DNA of 64,000 nucleotides from Octopus sinensis. Its lineage: Eukaryota. Location: positions 61,206,464-61,270,463 of the forward strand of contig NC_043011.1 of NCBI RefSeq assembly GCF_006345805.1, written 5' to 3'. The translations under genes and the position numbers were made by a program. Below are positions 51,716 to 64,000 of the stretch, piece after piece. Below the pieces are notes generated by a model. It was not told the DNA's origin. It saw only the letters and a list, made by a program, of their open reading frames with translations, and searched no databases. Within the stretch, counting starts at the first letter, position 1; every line of letters starts with the position of its first letter.

Positions 51716-52002
51716 TATAAAAAGGGCTTAGTAAATAATTACTTTGCCGCATACGAACTCATTAGAAATAGCAGCTAAAAAAAACTTTTTAAAATATTTC
51801 TAATACTTAAAGAAAACCTCTCTAATATAGTGTTTGTCAATTCAACTCACGCAAAATATTGCGTGAGTTGAATTGATCAAACACTATATGAGAGTGGTTT
51901 TCTTAAGTATTAGAATAGTTTTAAAAAAGTTTTTTTTTAGCTGCTATTTCTAATGAGTTCAGTATGCGGCAAAGTAATTTATTTTACTAAGCCCTTTTAT
52001 AT
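51716..52002. repeat. Long near-perfect palindrome (about 140-bp arms, 4-nt loop)
   Basis: Centre ttcaactcacgcaa-aata-ttgcgtgagttgaa at 51841-51872. The arms extend to tataaaaagggcttagtaaa and tttactaagcccttttat. Confidence 0.85.
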
Positions 52003-52495
52003 AATTGTATTATATATATATATATATATTTATATATGGAATTACTATGATCTGATATGTAAGATCGTTTCCAGCCTGATGGCAGAAGCTCGTTTAATCC
52101 AATGTTGATTACTTCCATGACGGTTCGCATATTGTGACGAACTACATTTACCAACGTTAAGATAGACGCCCCCAGCCCCCAGAAACAGCTGTTGGGCGCA
52201 TAACACCCATTTAAATTTTCCCTATCTTTCGTACTCCGTGTAAGCTGAATCTATTAATATAAGTAGCTATTTATACTCAAATATTCATCGATTGAAAGAA
52301 AACTCTACTCTTTGCTTTCTCTCGCATTTCGTACGCAAGATGTTATATTTAATGCATTTAACTTGTTTATCCACATAATTGCCTCTATACCCGCTCAACT
52401 TGATCTCTCTTATTGCCTTGTGGAATCCACCTACTAAGTGTCTTCTATGTTGAGAATCTCTGGATCTCATCTGTTGGCTATATATACATACATAC

Positions 52496-52526
<31 letters not shown>

Positions 52527-52804
52527 ATATATTATATATATATATATATATGTGGTGTTGTGTGTGTGTGGTGTGTGTGTGTGGGTGTGGTGTGCGTGTG
52601 TGTGCGTGTGTGTGTGTTGTGTATTGTATGTATGTATGTGTGTTATATATATATAATATACATATATATAAATGTATATATATAGATATATATTATGTAT
52701 GCATATAATATATATGTATGTATGTATATATTATATATGTATATATGTATGGTAGTATATATATAATACATATATATAATTATATATATATATTATAATA
52801 TATA

Positions 52805-53065
52805 TAAATAAATAAATAAATGCGCCCTTTTAAAGCCTACCCAGGTCATGGGCCCGGTTTCCCGGTTTCTTTGGCGTATGTGTTCTACAGCTGGACGGGA
52901 CGCCAGTCCATCGCAGCATTACTCCCTTTTGCCAGCTGAGTGGACTGGAGCAACGCGAAATGAAGTGTTTTGCTCAATAACACAACGCGTCACCCGGTCT
53001 AGGAATGGAGACCACAATCTTACGATCATGATGCTGACACCCTAACCACTAAGCCACGCGCCTCC
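52805..53065 (-). mobile_element. tRNA-derived SINE family C, full length
   Basis: ggaggcgcgtggcttagtggttagggtg...gagcaaaacacttcatttc...gctgcgatggactggcgtcccgtccag...aaaagggcgcatttatttattta. Confidence 0.9.
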
Positions 53066-53479
53066 ACATATATATACATATATATATGAATGCATGTATT
53101 TATACATACATTCACATATATATATACAGGCATACACGAATCTCAACAGCGTGCAATGACTTTATCATATTATATATTTATAGCACCAAATATTTCGTAA
53201 TCGAATCTGCGTTGCGATTCAAGTTGTATACCTCTACGCACGCGCATGCACGCACATATACGCACATGCACATGCATACATACAACGTGTATATATATAT
53301 GCTTGTGAATCAGTATACACATACGTATATATATATATTATATTATATATGAATATATGTACAGATATACATATATATATATATATAGATATATATATTA
53401 TATATATATATATATAATAATATAATATAGATATATAATATATAATATATATTATATATATAATATATATATATATAAT

Positions 53480-53512
<33 letters not shown>

Positions 53513-53564
53513 TCTATATATATAATATATATATATATATATTATATATATATATATATACATA

Positions 53565-54062
53565 CAGGGTGTGTAATATATTTCAGGACAGATATGTTTA
53601 TAAAAATACAGATGATAATAAATTGATTTATCAAAAAATGCAATGAGGATAAAAATAAATAATGTTATTCAATAAAGCCACCTTCAGCTTCAACAATGGT
53701 TTCCATGAGATCTAAATCATCTACATGCTCGAATCAAATGGTCCTGGTTCAATATGGACATTACTCTGTGGTAACGTTCAAAGAATCTTTGGTGTTATGG
53801 GCGTGTTCATTGGCCTCTGTCTCAACAACGTTCCACATGTAATAGTCGAATGGATTAAGCTCTGGGGAATTATGATGCTAAATGTTAGGGGTTATGTGAT
53901 AAATAAAATTTTCAGCCATCCGTTCCTGTGTTACTAGTGCTATGTGTGATAGGGCAGAATCTTACGGAAGCACATAAGGCCTTCTATTGCATACACTGTC
54001 TATCCAGGGCTTAATAATTATTTCCAGGGCCTCAATGTGGGCGGCAGTATTAACTCTAAAAC
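53565..54062 (-). mobile_element. Tc1/mariner-superfamily (maT/DD37D-like) 3' half, transposase pseudogene
   Basis: TA|CAGGGTG terminus. Minus translation gives KPWIDSVCNRRPYVLP*DSALSH..TQERMAENF...NSPELNPFDYYMWNVVE...HNTKDSL...IVEAEGGFIE* (stop at 53665-53667). Confidence 0.85.
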
Positions 54063-54436
54063 CTGTGAAAAAAATAAGGACGCATCACATATCCTTCATT
54101 GGTGACAACCCCTAAAACCATGACAGTTGCAGGAAATTTTGTATACATCACAATTGGAACTAAGGTAGATCCAGCGACAATTGTGTAATTACTGTGGATG
54201 ACGTCAGGTCGCTATAAGCATGAACGTGCTTTATCGGTGTACTACAAGGAACATGCCCAATACGTTTAATATCAACTGTTATATATGTATTTATGTATAT
54301 ATATATATATATTATATTTGTATATTATATTGATTATTTTATTTATATGTTTTGGGTATTTTTTTCATTGTTTGATTTGTAATAGTGGTTTTATCTCTAA
54401 TTTAATTTATATTTAATATATATATATTATATATTA

Positions 54437-54468
<32 letters not shown>

Positions 54469-55419
54469 CAAATATATATACATATATATATACATATATA
54501 TTCACTCATCGTTATTTATATAAATATTATAATACGCACATACATCTATATTAATATAGTTATATATACGTTTCTTTTATAACGAGCACCTGCTCATTCA
54601 AATATGAATGGAAATCACCGCATGTATAACACACTTGACGTGACAGCCATGTATTGTCAGGAACCGGTGTTCACTTTCTCATTAATAAATTCCATTTTGC
54701 TGCCTTGGAAATAATCGAAAAGTTTGTTCCATATCGACACCATCCAACAAAACATCTGCGTGTGTGTGCCTGCGCATCTTTAGTTCGTATTAATTCACTA
54801 CAAACACACGAAAATCAAATAAAATTCTATACTGCAATAATCGGAATATATACATTTAACATTTATACCTTCCGGATCACTGAAACATGACAGTATTTAC
54901 TTCAAAGATTCTGTGCAGGACAAACGTCGGGCAAAGTCAGGGGAGAATCAGGCACCGGATTTCAGGTTACTTTCGCAGTGTTCGGAGCTTGGGGTGCTAA
55001 CCACACGCAGCTACATAGGGGGCAAATTGTTTTCCGAGGCGAACTCCGGGTAGGAATGCCATTCACACGAGAGTGTGCAAAATTTGTATGCACCATTATT
55101 TTGAACCTCGTCACCCAGTTTGTTTGTACTGAATATATATAAATTTCCATATACGAGGACATTATATCGATAGATATATGGGCTTCTGCTAAATTATGTA
55201 ATCGATATTAATGGATCTGTAGTACACGATGGCATTGATCTGTTCAATCCGTGCGAGTTCCGTTTTTGATTTAACAAGAAAGGCAAGCATATGGATGAAT
55301 AGGTTTACATTCATTTGAATAATTTCAAACGCACAACAAAGTTTGTGCACACGTCGTACGATGTGTTAATCTATCCGTCTATCTATCTATCTACCTATCT
55401 ATCTATCTATCTATCTATA

Positions 55420-55482
<63 letters not shown>

Positions 55483-55509
55483 AGATGTGTGTCTGCGTGC
55501 ACGTGAGTT

Positions 55510-55720
55510 TATATTCGTTTCTGTCAACTATGAACACTTGACAACTGGCGTTGGCTTGTTTATATCCTCTAATCTAGCAGTTCGGCAAAAGAAACCGAGG
55601 GAATAAATACCAGGTTTACAAAACACGTACGGGCCTAGCTTTGTCCTAATTAACTTTCCACGCGATTAATTAACATGGCAGCAATCCAATGATTGAAGCA
55701 TGCATAAGAGATTAAAACTA
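55510..55720 (+). mobile_element. SINE family B 3' half, diverged
   Basis: cacttgacaactggcgttgg...cagttcggcaaaagaaaccga. Confidence 0.6.
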
Positions 55721-56494
55721 AAGGATCACCTGTTAGAATCAATGGTGAACCCCTTTCCTAGTTCCCATCAACCCTGCCGGTAGTCTCTCTCTCTCTCTTG
55801 CTCGATGATATATAATAAGAAAGCGTAGGCTTTTGTTCATATTCGGTTTCGAAACTTCCGGTTTGGAATTTTATAATCTGAACCTATCATAAGGAATGGT
55901 TATCCTTTATAAAAATTACTGACAGTCTCTCCTGTTATTAAGTAGCCCTTATTACTCTGTGCCACTGCTATTGCCTCGTCACCTATTGCTAAAACTGCGA
56001 AGTGAAATTTATTCAAAACAACGAAATTTATCTAAACCGGATATCCTCTAACCAAAGCGCCTGCTAGACCGGCGTTTTGGTTTTGCTTTCCAGATCGATC
56101 ACTTTTCCTTTGACACCATAAGAACTCTGGTTCGTGGTGACCGACTTCCTACGAAGATCAGTGAGTTCGGTTGACGATGAGATGAGCCATATTATCTCTC
56201 CAACTCGAAGAGATATAAAGATTAGGAGTAAATCATGTAAATCTGTTTCTTTAATACATTCACAACTTAATGAAATGCAGTCACCTTCGGTCTCTAAGTG
56301 CACCTGTTATGCATATACATAGATACAAACACACATACACGTAAACATACATACATACGTACATACGTACACACACATACATACGTATATACGTACATAC
56401 GTACATACACATACATATTTACATATGTACATACATAATACATGCATACATACATACATACATACATACATACATACATACATACATACATACA

Positions 56495-56690
56495 TCGGGT
56501 TCAGTCTCACTGCGTGACACCTTTAGCAAGTGTCTTCTACTACAGCCGCCGGCCATGCTGGGGTAACACCTTCAGAGGTGTCTCCCAAATCAACTCCCAT
56601 GCATTTGGGAGACACCTCTGAACGTGTTACTGCAATATGGCCGCAGCAAAATGACTGAAACAAGTAAATGCTAAAAGATAAAAGATAAAA
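56495..56690 (+). mobile_element. Rearranged SINE family B with internal hairpin
   Basis: A head fragment is joined to an inverted repeat (56551-56642) and the tail gcagcaaaatgactgaaacaagtaaa. Confidence 0.65.
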
Positions 56691-56842
56691 ATAGAATATA
56701 TATATATGTATATATGTATATGTGTATGTATGTATGTGTATATATATATATGCATATATATACGTATATGTATGTATGTTTATTTATATATATATATATG
56801 TATGCATATATATATATATATATATTATTATATATATATATT

Positions 56843-57055
56843 TTAATCCAAACGGGAAAACAAAAAAACAACAACAATGGAACAATTACAGTATTATTAT
56901 TAATAGGCGCTCAGGAAATGGAAGCAGGAAGGTATGACGTTTCGAGCGGAGCTCTTCGTCGGAAATATAAAGAAGGAAGAGAGAGGAAAGAAAGATCCCA
57001 AGCGGGCAACAGGAGATAGGGAAAAAAACGACTGGTGTTTACGAGTTACACATGG
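56843..57055 (-). mobile_element. PLE pseudo-LTR remnant (GAGC/GCTC hammerhead family)
   Basis: Minus strand reads CCGACGA-A-GAGC-TCC-GCTC-GAAA-CGT-C (56936-56962). Homologous to 1710-1910. Confidence 0.65.
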
Positions 57056-57057
57056 TG

Positions 57058-57093
<36 letters not shown>

Positions 57094-58675
57094 TGTATAA
57101 ATATATGTATATACATGCATATATATAGTTATGAATGTATACGTATATATTTATGGTATATATCGGTGCTTCTTAAATTATGAGTCGCGATTCCAAATGG
57201 GGTCGCCAAAAGAAATACTAGGGCCGTGAAAATAAAATTCGAACACTTGAATCTCGGTTTATGTTATTTCACAAACGCACAAATCCTAAATCTACTTTTA
57301 TTTTGACATTTAATATAACTACTTTTTTATACGTATATTTTTCAGCAAAAACATAAACGATTTACGTATTTATTTGTATGTTTTATTACATACAAATGTC
57401 GCGAAAGTCTCGTGAAGAAAAAGTTTAAGAAGCGCTGGTATATATCTGTAAAATATATATTCGTGTGTGTGTATTTGGATGTATACAACTGTGTGCGAGT
57501 GTTTGTGTGTGTATGTGTGTGCGTGAGTGTGTGTGTATGTGTGTTTGTGCCTGTAATGCTCATACCAAAAGGATAATAGGAAATATACATAAATTTATTA
57601 GAGTCCGTGAGAATATGTTTAGACTCTTCTAAGTATCGGTTTCGATCAATTATTAATGTTTAATAAATGTCACATACAGTTCTGTCGGCCTGTGCGCCTG
57701 TCTCTTCAAACTATGGCTATTTCATTCAATCATCTGACACCATTTGCCCTCGAAGCACCTTTCGCTTCATCTCATCGGAACATCAGTCGCTTTCATCAAC
57801 ATTCCTTTATATTCCATGAGATTTCAGGATGTGAACTTCACTTGATCGATTCAGTGACAAGCGCCTTTGGACAACGTCTTTCAAAGAGTTTAATTGATCT
57901 AACCATGATCAAAAGAGAATCTAACTAAACAGTATGATTTCCATCAATCTATTTTATGAAATATACGAGTATATTTGAATTTAGTTAATGTTTTGTCATA
58001 AGAGTGCACATTTTTACTGAGCTGTTCAAAGTACAAGCCGCTTACAGGTTCGAAAAATTCTGATTCAGTATTTCTTCCTGTCTTTAAGATAATGAGTTCG
58101 AATCTCATTCAGAGCAGATTTACAATTTATCTTTCCACGGTGGATAAAATAAAGTACCAGTCAAGTACTGCGTTTGGTGGCTTGAACTATTCTCTTTTCG
58201 AAATTACTGCTCTTGTCCACGTATTGTAGAAACTATTAATTTATGTAACACTGCAAGCAGTTAAAAATTGTTCTACAAGCTGTTGTTTGATCCCAAATCC
58301 TTTCTGATCGACTAAGCAAAATTTCAAAACCACGACCAGTCCCTCAGTTTATTTATCTAAAATTTGTTTCATGAATGTTTATGTTCTTCTTTTCTTAAAA
58401 AAATATGCAGAGGATGACATATATTGGGGTTAGGTGTTTGTATTAAGCTTAGCGGGAAATATGGAACATATGAGAGTCGTGATGACTTGCATATATATTC
58501 TAAACTTGTTTCTGCAGATTCGATCGCAAATATGTTTTGCTAATCTCTGTTGCGTTGGGCTCAGGGGAGCGGTTTCTCTTTTGCAGATCAGCAACGATCA
58601 GCCAATGGTTCGTTCGCAGAAATTATAAGCACAAACATCGGCTCTTGACAGTTTTCGTCCTCTGGGTATTTCTGG

Positions 58676-58695
58676 CTGATGAGACGAAACATGTA
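58676..58695 (+). ncRNA. Minimal or deleted hammerhead core
   Basis: CTGATGA-GAC-GAAA-CATGT-A. Palindromic ACATGT stem III, but stem II is collapsed. Confidence 0.4.
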
Positions 58696-58914
58696 GAAAC
58701 ACTGGTGTCTAAGAATCACTTACACTAAGGAATAGAGTCCGTTAGAACTACGTGGTTGTCGTAAAGGAGAATCTGTTCACCTGTGACGAACACAACATCG
58801 ATTAGCAGATTTGCATTCGAATCTGATAGAATGTATCAAGGACAAATATGCATGCCATAGCTGTTCAGCGCCCAAATAAATTGTTATAAAGAAGCTAAAG
58901 TGTTATATATATAA

Positions 58915-59416
<502 letters not shown>

Positions 59417-59717
59417 TGGCTGGATGTAAAAGCAGATATTTAATAGGCAGATATTAATAAAATTTTTCTTGCCATATTCTTGAGGAATATGTTAAGTTTA
59501 CAAAAGAAAAAATGGATAGATTAAGCATGCTGTAAATGTTATAAAAAAGTTTGCAACTGTAGTTGGTCTGGAGTCTTATGATAGAGAGTAAAATGTGTTT
59601 AGTCGTATATGGATAATAAAATATCCCATAAAACGAGGAAATATATGAGACATATTTATAGCCAAATACACGCACAGACACACACATATATGTATGTATG
59701 TATATATATATCTGTAT

Positions 59718-59805
<88 letters not shown>

Positions 59806-59969
59806 GTATCTATATATATATGTATATATGCATATATATGTATGTTTCACTCAAATAAAAAATTTATATTGAAAATGCTTAGAGAACTTTATTATGGAAA
59901 ACAGAAGCAATATGTACTACATTTTTAACTAGTCCGCTACCGATCAGTGGAGCGGTACAAACATTATAA

Positions 59970-60750
59970 CTCCTCGCAATAAAAATAACTTCCCTTGCGT
60001 CTCTGGAAATCTAATCTTGGAAATAAAATGCGCAAAACGAAGGGAGAATTACATTGGAGAAACAAAAGACGCGTTACATTAACGAAAAACTCAAGTAAAA
60101 TACGAGTATAGAAGCAAATAGGAGTCATTGTATCTAAAGATACTTGTGCACTTCAGCATCAATCAAACTTTTTTCTCAGTATAAAGATGGTAGAAATACA
60201 ACTCAATGCGAACATATGAACAATGAAATGTCCCTCATTACCAAATACCAGATTCGTTTCAATTCCTGTGTCGAAGAAAAGTAAACAGCAACGAACACAA
60301 GCAACCCTGCATCACGTACTGGAGTCACTATTACGACCACTGCTTGGACACACAGCTATCAGCCAATACCACTGCTGTTAGGTTAATGAAATACTGCTGT
60401 AGGCCGCAAGCATCCTAAAAGTTACTACTACTACAGCTGTTTCTACTACCAACCTTCTTGTTACCACTTTTCTTAACCAGACATCGCCACCATGTAGCCA
60501 CAATCAGATGGAACCCTAAGGCAGAACCATATAATCTTTGTAAAGAAAATATGTGAATTTCCAGATCTAATATTTTGAAAACTTTATTTACATCAATTTC
60601 ATTCATTCTTTCTTTCTCTTTTATTCTAGTATGAAGAGGACATCATAACACGGCCGAAACCTGTAGCTACTTAATTATAAATGTAAATATTGTCTATCTG
60701 TTTCCGATGGTAAATTTCTGTATACATTTACTTTTTATATTTTGTCACTC
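59970..60750 (+). mobile_element. Decayed PLE 3' part: GIY-YIG pseudogene plus pseudo-LTR with HHR relic
   Basis: From 59981 it reads KNNFPCVSGNLILEIKCAKRRENYIGETKDALH*RKT. At 60627-60669: TAGT-ATGAAGA-GG..CC-GAAA-CCTGT-A-GCTA. Confidence 0.75.
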
Positions 60751-60766
60751 CTAGTATGTATGTATG

Positions 60767-60813
<47 letters not shown>

Positions 60814-61123
60814 ATGTGTGTGTGTGTGTGTGTATGTGTGTGTGTGTGTATCAATTAACAAATGACAGAAGTAATTCGATGAAAAGTTATTTACAAATAA
60901 AATTCTATGACGATAAATTTATATATATACATATATATATATATGTATGTATGTATGTATGTATGAATGATAAAAACAAATATGTACATATATTCATATT
61001 CATATATCTGTTAGCATATATAGTCTTAGAAACACACGCGCACAGACTAACACACACAGACACACACGCACACACACACACACACCACACACACACACAC
61101 ACACACACCACACACACACACAC

Positions 61124-61208
<85 letters not shown>

Positions 61209-61776
61209 GATAAACATGTCGTATGCAAAGACAGATTTAGAGATAGTGTGTGTGAGTGAGGTGTAGAGACGGGGTGGAAATATGGCCGTCCAAATTTATT
61301 ATACTCTATCAAGTTGCATGAAAGATCAAATGGTATTCCTTCCTACTCGATCAATGAAACTGTCAAATGTGTTTGTATAAATACATTTAATTTCGTCAAT
61401 ATCTTTTACTCTGGAACTTGAATATTCATTCCTGCACAAAACATGGAAATGGATGTATCGTCTGCTGCATCCGCTTTTATATGCAAACTATAATGGATTC
61501 CGAGACCCTCACCATCAATATGTTTTTATCGCGGACTAATTTACATTGACATATGATCTGAATGGCAATTTAGAATATATAGTGTACGATCGATCATTTT
61601 ATCGTTGCGTTTGTGTGTCTAAAGTTGAATAATAACAAAGAATTGAAAACATGGTTTCACCATTTTTTTTTCACATTCTATTTTATGTTACTTCATCACC
61701 ATCATCATCATCAGCAGCAGCAGTAGCAGCAGCAGCATCGTCGTCGTCGTCGTCGTTGTTGTTGTATTCTTTCCCC

Positions 61777-61809
<33 letters not shown>

Positions 61810-62411
61810 TCTCTCTCTCTCTCTCTCTCTCTCTGCATTAACTGCATAACATCATTCAAAACATCCTAATAAATATTTAATGAATATCTTATCTTGTATG
61901 GTAGACGAACTATAAAAGATTTGATTTCATTCCAGAATAAGATATCTGCTACCATTACGCAGAAGTAATATCATTGGCGCATTGCCACTCTGAAGATCCA
62001 TTGAACATTACAGTTTATCACAATTTTATTATGCAGATTACTGGATGAAGATTGGCCCTTAATCGTACAGTTTCTAATTTAGGTTATGTAGAGATGCAAG
62101 ATTCAAACCAATTAATTATTCATATTGGTACGCTTTAATGACCATATACACAGGCCTTTTTTTTTTACCTTTGATGAAACAAATAAATGAGCTAATTTTA
62201 CAACAGATAAGTCACTTAAACGAGGACACGACAAATCAGCGATATGTTATACATTGGTAATTTCTCATGTGACAATCTGAAATGTGTTTAGTCAAATCTA
62301 GTCTTATTTAGACTATCTGTACCAGTATTTTCCTCGGCCCAAGATTCAGGGGCCCTCTATCAACGTCTCTATAACTGTTCCAATCCTCTGACATTACTGA
62401 CACAACATTAA

Positions 62412-62575
62412 GGCGGCGAGCTAACAGAAACGTTAGCACGCCGGGCGAAATGCTTAGCGGCATTTCGTCTGTCTTTACGTTCTGAGTTCAAATTCTGCCG
62501 AGGTCGACTTTGCCTTTCATTCTTTCGAGGTCGATAAATTAAGTACCTGTTGCGCACCGGGGTCGATCTAATCGT
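62412..62575 (+). mobile_element. SINE family A, tail-less
   Basis: ggcggcgagctaacagaaacgttagcacgccgggcgaaatgcttagcggcatttcgtc...ggtcgactttgcctttcat. Confidence 0.88.
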
Positions 62576-63159
62576 TATAATACCTATTTAGCCAAGACTA
62601 CATAGCTCAGTAGAATGAACTTTGTGGATGATATATAAATGTTTGTATGCCTTCCAAATGTTTAGTAGATCGAGATAAAGTCTCCTTCAAAAATGGCATT
62701 GAAACGAATAGGTGTATACACACATACATACACATACATACATACATGCATACAAGCATACTTACATACATACATGAATACATACATGCATACATACATA
62801 TATACTTACATACATACATGCATACATACCAGCGAAAAAGAGAATACCAACGCTGAACCATTGAGAAATTTGTCGTAACTCTACTCAGATTACAAGATCA
62901 GGTTAATACCTTTATTTATTGGAACACTAGTACATGTAGCACACTACCTAAATACCAATCCTGAGAAAATAGGCTTCTCAAAACCAGAACGGAGAAACCT
63001 GATTTGCAAACTACAGGACCAAGCCATCACTGGAAGTGTAAAAATTTGTAAAATATTTTAAGTATATACAGACTGTTCTGTTAATGAGATCAACTGGAAA
63101 CCTCATTGCTGTTACCTGGCGGAGTGACAATTATATTTACATACATACATATATCGGAT

Positions 63160-63465
63160 AAAGGATAAAGACCCCCTTTAGTCATATATGACCATGGGAT
63201 TGCACCTAGAAAGTTCCCCTCTGTGGCACAAGTCTGGGCAAAGTTGTTTATGGAAGACCAGCAGTTGTCCACACATATCACCCGTCCCTCTCTATGCCAC
63301 GAATGTTGTCCAAGGGTGAGAAAAACGGCGATACATCTTGGCACCGGCGATGTCACAACTCATTTCTACAGCTGAGTGAACTGTTACAACGGGGAATACA
63401 GTGTCTTTCTCAAGAACACAACACACAGTCCGATCCGGGAATCGGACTCACTACCTCACGATGTG
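63160..63465 (-). mobile_element. SINE family F
   Basis: Homologous to 40190-40520 on the opposite strand. Confidence 0.7.
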
Positions 63466-63859
63466 TGTGTGTGTGGTGTGTGTGTGTGTGTGTCTGTGTG
63501 TGTTGCTTTATTCTTGACTAGTCTACAGTTTTTAAATATACTTTAACCCTTGCTTTTCTCTCTAAGTAATGGGAGCAGAGTGGAAATTTGGGGAAGCTGG
63601 TAAGAAGGAAGCAATATTAGAAGAGAAACAAGAGAAGGAACAAAATATAAATGGTGAAGAGGAAGGTAGAAGAAAAATGGTTTGGGTTTGGTCTCAACTG
63701 AAATTAAATCTTAAATATATGGCTATAGGTATAACTTGGCGAATGATTAATGTCATCATAATGGATATGTCAATGAGTAACTGGTCTTTAGCAGTTTGTG
63801 TAGGGCTGCTACAGTTGTAATTTGAATTGATTATCTGGGACATTAATCAATCTTCCTAC

Positions 63860-64000
63860 TATAGACATAAGGCCTGGAATATTGGAACAAGGAGTACTTG
63901 ATTACATCGATTTCAGTGTACAACTCGTGCCTCTTTAATCGACCGCAAAATGATGAAGAAAAGCAAAGTCGACTTCAAAGGTATTTTGAAATTAGAGCAT
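63860..64000 (-). mobile_element. Diverged SINE family A fragment at the window edge
   Basis: gattacatcgatttcagtgtacaactcgtg...aaagcaaagtcgac...tttgaaatt. Confidence 0.5.

Noticed and set aside
56064-56303. 79-aa minus-strand ORF in a unique GC-richer patch
   Set aside because: No recognisable homology, and the length is within chance expectation.

Overview
This is 64 kb of strongly AT-rich animal DNA, dense in microsatellites and mobile-element relics, with one 100-N scaffold gap. No host protein-coding exon could be recognised, and nearly all ORFs in the supplied track are translations of simple repeats. The tRNA-headed SINE families, recognised from memory, point to an Octopus genome (inference). 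Contents: about 25 tRNA-derived SINE copies from several head/core/tail families; one 5'-truncated CR1/L2-group LINE with RT motifs; R4/Dong-type LINE 3' ends in (TAA)n arrays; mariner, Tc1-superfamily and hAT relics; and many decayed Penelope-like element (PLE) fragments with RT and GIY-YIG motifs. The main result is about 16 type I hammerhead-ribozyme (HHR) motifs, read by eye on both strands, most with palindromic stem III. Three have a complete core (9199-9269, 25589-25636, 26065-26112). The last two delimit a 476-nt non-coding tandem unit resembling a retrozyme or non-autonomous PLE. Several apparent MITE-like inverted repeats are head-to-head PLE ends whose inversion points lie in or beside the ribozyme. 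PLE-associated HHRs and HHR-flanked circRNA units are known in animals. What may be new is this set of families and their architecture. All structures were derived by eye and none was computed.
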